Below are positions 1 to 7,341 of a stretch of 25,224 nt of DNA, piece by piece. A program made the position numbers and the translations under genes. Position 1 is the first letter of the stretch; each line of letters starts with the position of its first letter. This DNA is from Candidatus Micrarchaeota archaeon (GTDB lineage Archaea; Micrarchaeota; Micrarchaeia; Norongarragalinales; SBBD01). The notes below the pieces were generated by a model. The model did not search any database. It was not told where the DNA came from and was given only the letters and a program-made list of their open reading frames with translations. The DNA is taken from NCBI GenBank assembly GCA_038046605.1, contig JBBSVW010000068.1, positions 1 to 25,224 on the forward strand, read 5' to 3'.

Positions 1-45
1 TGCCCGGTCAAAAAATTTGACTAAAATGTTCCAATATTTTAACCT

Positions 46-1440
46 CTAACTATAGCTCTGCAAATATCTTTTTGGGAACTCTCTTGCGAATTCAAGCAGG
101 GAATTTAGCCCAAGCGCCGCAAGTATGATTAGGGGAATCTGGAGGTAGACCAGGAACCTATCCATGAACACCCTAAGCCCAATTGCATCGTTCTTGACGG
201 CAACAAAGCCGGCAAAGAAGAGGGCAAATAGGAAAAGGTAGGCGAGCTTGTCGAATTTTTGGTAGTTTTCCGACCTATCCAGCACCTTCATTAGCAAAAC
301 GCCGAAGAACGCCACCAGCAGGGAAATTGCCGCAATCTCCATGCCGGCTAACGGCCCGAGGAAAAACGGAAAAGAGATGGAAACGAGCGAGGCGTTGCGG
401 CTGATGGAAAAGTTGTTCAGCACGAAATAGCTCCCAAAGGATGCGAAGAGGAAAATGACAAATGACCGCAATCCGGGTTTTATTTCTGAGGGCAGGGAAT
501 CGATGTCATCAATTGCATATTTGGTGAAAATGGCAAGGCAAACAAACAGCCCCGCAAGGGAGAAATTCGCGATCAGGCTTCCGGTTTTCAGGATGTAGGA
601 ATCCATGCTAACGGTATTGCCCTCGTGGTTCTTGAACTGCGCAAGCTCGAAAACATTGATGTGACCGATAATGACGAATTGCCATAGGAGGTAAACCGCA
701 AGGGAAAACAGGATGCCGTAGAGTGATGTTTTCAAAAGAGCGGAGTGCTTGGCGCTATCAAAGCCCTTCCCAAGGATTACTTTCCAAAGGAGGTGAAGGA
801 TGATGAAGCCAAAATAGACCCCCAACCCCCCAACTAGGTAGGCAATTGCCTCCTGATGGATCAGGGTTATCGCAAAGGCGCAAAGCAGCGCCACCCTGAA
901 ATTTTTCGTGTAGAAGGCGTGGAATGCAATGGGAAGAAGGGCAAGGCCAAAAGCCTGGGGAAGGGGCCGTACGGTATAGATGAGAAGTTCGCCTGGTAGG
1001 ATGGATGCGAATGCAGCAATGGTTCCCACATTCTCGCCGAATAATTTTTTACCAAGTATGAAAAATCCAAGGGGGACCATTATGCCAAAAAGCAATACAA
1101 TAAGCCTGCTTGCAAAATCAAGCGATAGGCCGGTTAGCAAAACCAGCACGGCAACAAGTATCCGATAGCCTGGGACATAAAGGTTGGCGATCCCTCCCCC
1201 ATAGGAATAATCGATGAGCGGGTATTCGCCTTTTTCAATCACGTGCCGCGCGCTTGCGACATGGATCATGGTATTGCCATAAGTTGGCATGTGCCATTCG
1301 CGCATCACCATCCAGTGGGTGTGGACGGAGAGCAAAATTGCCATGAAAAGTAAAATTATTACTTTGTGCTTGTAGGCCTGCTTGATGGCGAATTTTGCCA
1401 ATTCAGATGAGCCTCCTTTTTGCATCGATAGATCAGCCAT
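46..1440 (-). CDS. Polytopic membrane protein, probable GT-C-fold glycosyltransferase-like
   Basis: 464-aa ORF with many hydrophobic segments. N-terminal TM is followed by a loop (YGNTMIHVASARHVIEKGEYP...LYVPGYRILVA), plus later 'RPLPQAFGL' and 'DRFLVY' motifs resembling archaeal GT-C-like proteins. Confidence 0.6.
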   Translation of the reverse strand: MADLSMQKGGSSELAKFAIKQAYKHKVIILLFMAILLSVHTHWMVMREWHMPTYGNTMIHVASARHVIEKGEYPLIDYSYGGGIANLYVPGYRILVAVLVLLTGLSLDFASRLIVLLFGIMVPLGFFILGKKLFGENVGTIAAFASILPGELLIYTVRPLPQAFGLALLPIAFHAFYTKNFRVALLCAFAITLIHQEAIAYLVGGLGVYFGFIILHLLWKVILGKGFDSAKHSALLKTSLYGILFSLAVYLLWQFVIIGHINVFELAQFKNHEGNTVSMDSYILKTGSLIANFSLAGLFVCLAIFTKYAIDDIDSLPSEIKPGLRSFVIFLFASFGSYFVLNNFSISRNASLVSISFPFFLGPLAGMEIAAISLLVAFFGVLLMKVLDRSENYQKFDKLAYLFLFALFFAGFVAVKNDAIGLRVFMDRFLVYLQIPLIILAALGLNSLLEFAREFPKRYLQSYS

Positions 1441-1486
1441 ATTGCTTACCGTTGAAATATTTTTTTTCAGTTTAGCCTTATTTTAA

Positions 1487-2023
1487 TTATTTTATTTTGT
1501 AATACTCAAAATCCCCATCCTTGTAGACGAGCTCGAAATACTGCGTGTTCTGGAGCTTGGTTTTTTCCGGCCAGAGCCACTCAAAGCCAGCAAATATCTG
1601 CCGGTTTGGGATCATGGCGTAATTTGCGTTGTAGCGCTTAGCAATTTCACTTGCCTTTTGGGCATCGGATGTTTTGTAGAACTCATTAACTTCACTCATG
1701 CGCGTTACCACATTTGGTATGATTGCCCAATCGCCCCCTTCGGTCCCTTCCCTTAGGGATTCTCCCATCATGTGCTCGCCGCCAAAAATGTCGGTAACGA
1801 ATGTTTCGCGCTCCTTGGTGTTCTCACGGACCCACTTCATGGACTTTTCCTCCTCCTGCGTGACAACGGGATTCATCCAGGCATCCGCCTGCCATTTGGC
1901 CTTGTTCATGTCTTCGTTGTAATAGTAGGCAACCCCGAGTGAGGAGACTAGAGCAATGAGGTATATGGCAATTGCTAGAACGCCCTTAAAACGTTGATTG
2001 GTCAAAATTGATAACGCTCCCAT
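1487..2023 (-). CDS. Membrane-anchored protein resembling the C-terminal soluble domain of STT3/GT-C-like proteins
   Basis: ATG at 2023 (track extends to TTG 2050). One TM, then 'SMKWVRENT...FVTD...EIAKRYNANYAMI...FELVYKDGDFEYYKI', the pattern at the C-terminus of AglB-like/GT-C proteins. No WWDYG motif. Confidence 0.55.
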   Translation of the reverse strand: MGALSILTNQRFKGVLAIAIYLIALVSSLGVAYYYNEDMNKAKWQADAWMNPVVTQEEEKSMKWVRENTKERETFVTDIFGGEHMMGESLREGTEGGDWAIIPNVVTRMSEVNEFYKTSDAQKASEIAKRYNANYAMIPNRQIFAGFEWLWPEKTKLQNTQYFELVYKDGDFEYYKIK

Positions 2024-2182
2024 TAATTTCCCTTGGAGTAAAACACTCAATCAAGCATTTTAAACCTATTTTGGATGTAAATTAAGCTTATGCTGTGGGC
2101 TATAGATTAATTTTGGATAAGAAATTGTGATATTTTAGTTAATAACAATCGTTTTTCAGATGTAAATTTGTTTGTGGTTTTT

Positions 2183-2722
2183 ATGAAACTTTTCTTTGCA
2201 ATTGAAATGCCGGAGGAAGTAAACTACAAATTGAGGGAGACCTTAATCGAATTGAAAAAGGCGGACTTGTCGGCATCGATTTCGAAATACCATCAGCTCC
2301 ACCTAACTTTAGTTTTTTTAGGAGAAAAGACGCAGGAGGAAGTTGAAAAAATTGTGGAGGAAGCAAGAGCTGTAAAAATGGGAAAATTCCCACTAAGCAT
2401 TGAATCTGCAGGATTTTTTCCAAGTGAAGAATACGTGCGCGTTTTCTGGGCTGGTGCAATAGATGAAAATGGCGAGTTGAAATTATTGCATTCGAAACTA
2501 TGCAAAGCACTTGGAGTTGCGCCTGAAAAGGAATTTATGGGCCACGTCACGCTTGCACGAATTAAGGCACGCAGAAACTTAAACAAATTGATTGAGATCA
2601 AGAAAAAAATTGAAAACGGCGGATTTGGCGAATTCGAAGTGGAAGAATTTGTGCTAATGAAAAGCGAGATCGGCACGAATGGAACCGAATACTCAAAAGT
2701 AGAATCATTCAAATTATCGTGA
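2183..2722 (+). CDS. thpR: RNA 2',3'-cyclic phosphodiesterase (2H phosphoesterase, LigT-like)
   Basis: Starts MKLFFAIE; two HxT motifs (HLTL, HVTL), 'GFFP...RVFWAG' and C-terminal 'LMKS...Y' pattern. ATG at 2183 preferred over TTG at 2168. Confidence 0.9.
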   Translation: MKLFFAIEMPEEVNYKLRETLIELKKADLSASISKYHQLHLTLVFLGEKTQEEVEKIVEEARAVKMGKFPLSIESAGFFPSEEYVRVFWAGAIDENGELKLLHSKLCKALGVAPEKEFMGHVTLARIKARRNLNKLIEIKKKIENGGFGEFEVEEFVLMKSEIGTNGTEYSKVESFKLS

Positions 2723-2783
2723 ATCGACGAATACAGCATAGTTTTTTAGGTTTGCCTTACAGTATGTATATTGGGGGGTTGTC

Positions 2784-5645
2784 GTGCGGCATTCGAAAAA
2801 ATTTTTTTCTCTATTTATACCCTTAACGGTATTTTTACTGTTTTCCTCTACCGGCAGCTACCTGCAGACTGAAGAAACCCTTTCCGCGCAGCTAAAGGCT
2901 TCAGCCGTCCTATCCCCCATCGCTGCTGATGAAGGAGAGTTTTTACAAGTCACAATTACCTGCGATTATATTCCACCTCAGCCCTCAAAACCGATTTGCC
3001 TATGGGCGGATTCTTTGCCCCCCGGCGCCGCATTTCCGACGGTGAGCGGAACGGGTTCTGTCAGTTCAGACTTTTCGTGGATGCCAAATTATTGCCAAGC
3101 GGGAGCTTATCACGTCGAGTTCCTGTGCGGAGAGAGCTGCGGCGCAACCCTCACAACGCTTCTTGTTGACTTCGAGATAAATAATATCAACCGTTTGCCC
3201 TCGTTAGTTGTCGCACCCTCGGGACCCCTTTCCGTGCAGGCGGGTACGTCGGTGCATATGGATTTAACTGCTACCGATCCCGACACATCCCTATGCTCCG
3301 ACCCTTTCAACAAGGACAATTTAACTTTAAGGGGAATTGACCTTCCAAATGGGAGTTTAATCATCAACTATGGCAATGAAACCGGCGAGTTCAGTTGGGC
3401 CACAACGCCATTCGACTTGGGCGTGCACTTTCCGACGCTGATTGTTGACGATGGGAAAAACGGCAGCGATAATCAGACAGTTGAGATAAACGTCATGAGA
3501 CCCAATCCCGTGCTTCTCGTGCATGGCATCTACGATAGTGATGCTATGTGGGAAGCGATCAAAACCGATCTGGAGGCGAAAGGCTTCCAAGTCTTCCTTG
3601 TCGGGAACGTTACGGGAAAGGCCGGGCTTGAACCGAACAATGGGGACATACGAGAATTGAGCGTACAACTGCAAGAAGCGATAAGCGAGGTGAAGCGGAG
3701 GACCGGAGCGGACAAGGTCGACGTAATTGCGCACAGCATGGGCGGCCTCGTCACCTCCTGGTACATCAAGAGCGGCAATTTTGCGAATGACATCGGAACC
3801 TTCGTGACCCTTTCCACTCCCTTCTATGGAACGCCCATTTCAAAATATCTTCCAGCGCCTCTCCTCGGGGCGATAAGTGGAACGGATCCCGCGGACACCG
3901 CGAGGCACCAAATGAACGAAATCGGTTTTTCCGAATTCCTTCGCGAACTTGATCCCGATAGCCTTTCCGAGGTTTTTAACCAGAAAGGAGTTACGCATAT
4001 CGCCGTAATCGGAACGGACAACGAATTCTTGAAAGGGGCGGGGGTATTTTTAGCTGGCGGCTTCATCGATGACATCGGAAAAATCATATCTCTTCAGGAA
4101 CCCTGGGCGACTTCCGACAGCGACAGTGTCGTCCCCACAAATTCCCAGTCCGTGCCGGGTTCATTGTGTTTCAAAGTGCATGCCACCCACAGCAAGCGCT
4201 TCGGCAATCCGATTGCCGAGCATCCGGATATCATTTCATCAAACCTATCGCTCCTTTTAACTCAAGGCACATCCAACCTGGAAATATGCCAAGACTTCGA
4301 GCCGAGGAGGCCGCCAGGCGCCATCAGAATGGTGGTTCAGGCACCGTTTATTGCAGGCCAGATATTGGTCGGAGAAACCCTTAATGGGGGTTATAAGGTC
4401 GGAAGATTTATTTTTACGAGGCCGGGATGGTTTTGGCGTACAATCACCTCCCACAGCGGCAGCACCCTCAGCACCCGGCTCATTGCTCCTTCCGGCGCCA
4501 TTTTCAATTCAACCACCAACCAAACCAACCCGAACGTGACCTACGTTAAAGGGCCTAATTTTGAGGTTTTTGGAATCAAGGGGGCAGAACTTGGGCAATG
4601 GCAGGCCAACATCACCGCTATTGACGTCCCGCCGCAGGGAGAGAATTTCACTTTCATTCCCTTTATCCTGACCGACGTAAACCTCTCCATCCTGAACAAT
4701 AGGACCGAATTCTTCCTCGGCGATACGGTCCTGCGGGTTGTGGAAATTTCCAATGGAAGCGGAAGCTTCCCCGGAGCCAACGTCACGGAAGAAATCCGGT
4801 TATCGACCGGGGGCACTGAAGCCTTTTCCCTTTACGACGATGGTCTCCACGATGATTTCGGTCCAACCGACGGGATTTACGGAGGCTATTTCAGGAACGT
4901 CTCAAGCGAGGGAAACTATGCCGAAACAATAACTGCGAGCATCGGCACCGAAGCCGGGCCCCTCAATTTCACCGCTGGGGGCAGTGGCTTTTTCGCGAAG
5001 GGGCTCTGCGGCGACTTGAACAAGGATGGCGTGCGCAATGTATTGGATGTTGTAGGCGTGGTCAACATAGCCTTCAGGGGAGGTTCGCTTCCTGATCCTA
5101 CTTGGATCGCGGACATCAATGGCGACGGGATAAAAAGCGATGTGCTGGATGTTGTGGGGTTGATTAATCACGCCTTCAGGGGCGGGCCAGTGCCTACATG
5201 CACAGGCGGCACCGTTGCGACTTCCTCGAATACGGCGACGGTGAGTTTGGGAACGGCCACGAAGAATTCGGATGGGACTTTTACGATTCCGGTCAATTTA
5301 AATAATCCAGTGAATGCGCAAGCGGCGGGGGTGGAAATTTACTACGATGCCGCTAAATTGCAAATGCTATCGCCCGCCTTAACATCAAGAACTTTAAATT
5401 TGGATAAATATTACTCAACTAAAAATAATGCGTTAAAGGTAGGGATTTTGAAAAGCGATGGAAGCGCATACATCAACGCAGGGAATGGCCCGGTAATTAA
5501 TGTCCTTGTGAAGCCACTTACTGCTGCAATTGATTTCAGCAGTTTGAAAGTGCAGAACGCCAAATTTGTCGAGGCGAATGGTGCGCAGATGGTTGCAAAA
5601 ATCACCGCTTCAACCCCAAAAACGGCTGGAACGACTCTAAACTGA
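2784..5645 (+). CDS. Secreted multidomain alpha/beta-hydrolase (lipase/esterase) with Ig-like repeats, choice-of-anchor-X-like segment, dockerin and cohesin-like domain
   Basis: Signal-peptide-like N-terminus; two Ig/cadherin-like units; oxyanion motif PVLLVHGI; nucleophile AHSMGG; candidate Asp (SDSVVP) and His (ATHS); 'LYDDGLHDD...DGIYGG'; duplicated Ca-loop 'GDLNKDGVRNVLDVV' / 'ADINGDGIKSDVLDVV'; C-terminal beta-rich 'FTIPVNLNN...VEIYYDAAKL'. Confidence 0.75.
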   Translation: MRHSKKFFSLFIPLTVFLLFSSTGSYLQTEETLSAQLKASAVLSPIAADEGEFLQVTITCDYIPPQPSKPICLWADSLPPGAAFPTVSGTGSVSSDFSWMPNYCQAGAYHVEFLCGESCGATLTTLLVDFEINNINRLPSLVVAPSGPLSVQAGTSVHMDLTATDPDTSLCSDPFNKDNLTLRGIDLPNGSLIINYGNETGEFSWATTPFDLGVHFPTLIVDDGKNGSDNQTVEINVMRPNPVLLVHGIYDSDAMWEAIKTDLEAKGFQVFLVGNVTGKAGLEPNNGDIRELSVQLQEAISEVKRRTGADKVDVIAHSMGGLVTSWYIKSGNFANDIGTFVTLSTPFYGTPISKYLPAPLLGAISGTDPADTARHQMNEIGFSEFLRELDPDSLSEVFNQKGVTHIAVIGTDNEFLKGAGVFLAGGFIDDIGKIISLQEPWATSDSDSVVPTNSQSVPGSLCFKVHATHSKRFGNPIAEHPDIISSNLSLLLTQGTSNLEICQDFEPRRPPGAIRMVVQAPFIAGQILVGETLNGGYKVGRFIFTRPGWFWRTITSHSGSTLSTRLIAPSGAIFNSTTNQTNPNVTYVKGPNFEVFGIKGAELGQWQANITAIDVPPQGENFTFIPFILTDVNLSILNNRTEFFLGDTVLRVVEISNGSGSFPGANVTEEIRLSTGGTEAFSLYDDGLHDDFGPTDGIYGGYFRNVSSEGNYAETITASIGTEAGPLNFTAGGSGFFAKGLCGDLNKDGVRNVLDVVGVVNIAFRGGSLPDPTWIADINGDGIKSDVLDVVGLINHAFRGGPVPTCTGGTVATSSNTATVSLGTATKNSDGTFTIPVNLNNPVNAQAAGVEIYYDAAKLQMLSPALTSRTLNLDKYYSTKNNALKVGILKSDGSAYINAGNGPVINVLVKPLTAAIDFSSLKVQNAKFVEANGAQMVAKITASTPKTAGTTLN

Positions 5646-5650
5646 CACCG

Positions 5651-5662
5651 CAAACTTATTAA
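5651..5662 (+). promoter_or_regulatory. Candidate archaeal BRE/TATA promoter upstream of the tRNA locus
   Basis: CAAAC-TTATTAA; the clearest TATA-like element between the hydrolase stop codon and the tRNA. Confidence 0.4.
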
Positions 5663-5683
5663 CTTTCGTAGAAGATATCCATA

Positions 5684-5836
5684 ATATAGCGGTTAAGTAA
5701 AATAACGGAACATTCAAATAAAACCGCTATATGAGATTACGCAGGCGCTCGAAGCGCCTGCTAATGCTAAGAAGCCTCGAGGCTTCTGACGCAATAAGGC
5801 AGGGAAAAGTTCCAATAATTGCCTTATTCGCTATAT
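5684..5836. repeat. Cluster of four consecutive inverted repeats
   Basis: ATATAGCGGTT 5684-5694 / AACCGCTATAT 5722-5732; GCAGGCGCT 5741-5749 / AGCGCCTGC 5753-5761; perfect palindrome AGAAGCCTCGAGGCTTCT 5770-5787; AATAAGGCA 5793-5801 / TGCCTTATT 5820-5828. Confidence 0.85.
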
Positions 5837-5851
5837 GCTGGGGTGGCGGAA

Positions 5852-5896
5852 ACCTTTTTGGGCTGGCAGGAATATGCCAAACCGAAAAGAACGCAA
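5852..5896 (+). other. tRNA intron 1 (D-loop, about position 15/16, 45 nt)
   Basis: Hairpin CTTTTTGG/CCGAAAAG plus TGGCA/TGCCA. Relaxed bulge-helix-bulge: central GCG/CGC, bulges AAA and AAT. Exact junction ambiguous by a few nt. Confidence 0.75.
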
Positions 5897-5950
5897 TCCG
5901 GTAACGCGCTAGACTCGAGATCTAGTTGGCCGCAAGGTCAGTATGGGTTC

Positions 5951-6013
5951 AAGCCTCTTTTTCTTTTGGAAGAAAAAGACCCTTGGGAGAAAAAGAAACT
6001 CTTGGCTGCTCAA
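5951..6013 (+). other. tRNA intron 2 (T-loop, about position 56/57, 63 nt)
   Basis: Central helix GGGT(5945-5948)/GCTC(6008-6011), bulges TCA and AAA, intron helix AGCC/GGCT. Cutting after the second nt of each bulge restores a 7-nt T-loop exactly. Confidence 0.8.
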
Positions 6014-6216
6014 AAATCCCATCCCCAGCGCTTTTCATTTAGTTGCGTTTTTTTGGCGGCGGAGCCCTCGCCACCTTTTTGGTTAAAAAGGGGGCAAGGC
6101 GTGCAAATCCCATCCCCAGCGCTCCTAATTTTTCGATTATTTTTTTTGGCGGCGGGTCTGTTGCCACCTTTTTGGTTAAAAAGGGAGAACGGTGTTCAAA
6201 TACCATCTCCGGCGCC
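6014..6216 (+). repeat. Tandem ~92-bp repeat carrying copies of the tRNA 3' end
   Basis: AAATCCCATCCCCAGCGCT at 6014 and 6105, AAATACCATCTCCGGCGCC at 6198 (periods 91 and 93). Shared block TTTTTTTGGCGGCGG...GCCACCTTTTTGGTTAAAAAGGG in both units. Confidence 0.9.
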
Positions 6217-6415
6217 CTTTGCAAATAAGCTGGAAAAAATAGGTGGTTATAACGGCAATAAACAAGTCTTGGCACCTGAATAACAAAATACCTAAAAAAC
6301 CCAATATTAAGCAAAAAAATGAATGGCACATTGCACATCAGAAAAACTGCCAATGCTCACCCATGCCAAAGGAATTGGCTGATGAAATAAAAAAAAGAAG
6401 CAAGTGATCAGCGGA

Positions 6416-6439
6416 TTCAAATCCAATCCCAAACGCTTT
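6416..6439 (+). repeat. Further degenerate copy of the spliced tRNA-Ser 3' end
   Basis: TTCAAATCCAATCCCAAACGCTTT versus spliced tRNA plus flank TTCAAATCCCATCCCCAGCGCTTT: 3 mismatches in 24 nt. Confidence 0.7.
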
Positions 6440-6616
6440 ATTTTGTATACTTATTTTATTTTTCGAAAAGACGGCATATATTTCCTACTCTGATCGCGAT
6501 TTCGTGCTTATCGTAGCCAGGTTAATTTTATCGTCAATACGCGAATACCCTTAAATTTATATATTTCATACCGCATTTCAGTATAACGGGAAAGGGGCTT
6601 TAGGGGGGAAGGGGAT

Positions 6617-6910
6617 ATGATTGAAGGTTTAACTCCTATTTACGAATTTGTCATAGTTACCGCAGGCATCTGGCTATTTGTGCACCTAACCTTTGGTTTT
6701 GGAACATTCAAGGAGGCAGCTATGATAACCTTAATTGGGACCGCATTGGTGGCACTGCTTTCTGGCGCCACAATCGAGGTTTTTGGGGCGCTTATGCTTG
6801 CCGGAGGGATGCTTTCGATGTCGATTTACAAGATCAGGTTTGCACAGGCAAGCGCGATGGTTATAACATTCATATTCCTCGGGTTTTTCCTCTTCAGGTT
6901 CAGTGGGTAA
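6617..6910 (+). CDS. Small ~4-TM membrane protein, paralog 1
   Basis: 97-aa hydrophobic ORF after a purine-rich RBS-like run; shares the T-x-x-I/L-W ... F ... GG ... Y/F-K pattern with the next two ORFs. Confidence 0.7.
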   Translation: MIEGLTPIYEFVIVTAGIWLFVHLTFGFGTFKEAAMITLIGTALVALLSGATIEVFGALMLAGGMLSMSIYKIRFAQASAMVITFIFLGFFLFRFSG

Positions 6911-7004
6911 AATTTGTGAAATGGCGAAATTGGCAAGGCTAGGAACAGCGATATTTCGGGTAATTTGATTTAATTTGGGGAAAAAAAGTATTGGGCGATA
7001 AAAA

Positions 7005-7325
7005 ATGCAGATAACATACCTTTCGGACATGCTCTACAGCACGGATTTCATTTACGCAATAATTTTCCTCACATTCGTGATTTGGCTTGTAATGAAATTC
7101 CTGTTCAATTATGATGATTTCAGCAAATCGCTGATATTTGCAATCATTGCAATTGTATTCCTGCCTTTTGTTGTTGCGGCAACGCAGGCGGGCAGCGCAT
7201 TTGTAATTGCGCTCCTTTTGGGGGGGCTTGCGGTTTCCACCGCATACAAATGGCCCCTTTCCACGAGCATACTTGTCGTGCTTATTGCATTTATTGCCGG
7301 ATTGATGGTGCTGCCGGCGCTTTAA
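7005..7325 (+). CDS. Small ~4-TM membrane protein, paralog 2
   Basis: 106 aa; aligns by eye with 7342-7665 (YL, FI, LT..W..M, F, IxFLP, GS, LGGL, KWxLxTSI, LP). Confidence 0.75.
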   Translation: MQITYLSDMLYSTDFIYAIIFLTFVIWLVMKFLFNYDDFSKSLIFAIIAIVFLPFVVAATQAGSAFVIALLLGGLAVSTAYKWPLSTSILVVLIAFIAGLMVLPAL

Positions 7326-7341
7326 AGGGGGAAAACATTTT

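Larger units (their letters stand above)
5837..6030 (+). tRNA. tRNA-Ser(CGA) with two non-canonical introns; predicted exons 5837-5851, 5897-5950, 6014-6030
   Basis: Acceptor GCTGGGG/CCCCAGC plus discriminator G; D-stem GCG/CGC; anticodon arm CTAGA-CT[CGA]GA-TCTAG (5909-5925); long variable arm TGGCC-GCAA-GGTCA; T-stem ATGGG/CCCAT. Removing 5852-5896 and 5951-6013 gives D-loop GAATCCGGTAA and T-loop TTCAAAT. CCA is not encoded. Confidence 0.9.

Noticed and set aside
2183-2722. Functional link between thpR and the intron-containing tRNA
   Set aside because: thpR is a common archaeal gene and lies 3 kb away; archaeal tRNA ligation is done by RtcB, so proximity alone is not evidence.
6014-6216. 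Possible CRISPR array
   Set aside because: Only 2-3 units, the inter-repeat sequence is largely conserved instead of being unique spacers, the repeat is a tRNA end, and no cas genes are in the window.
6281-6305. Possible additional tRNA-end copy (AAATACC)
   Set aside because: Match is only about 7 nt in A-rich sequence; not distinguishable from chance.
5819-6353. ORFs 5819..6283 (+), 6039..6353 (-) and 6043..6228 (+)
   Set aside because: They overlap the tRNA and the nucleotide repeats; their peptide repeats simply mirror the DNA repeat.
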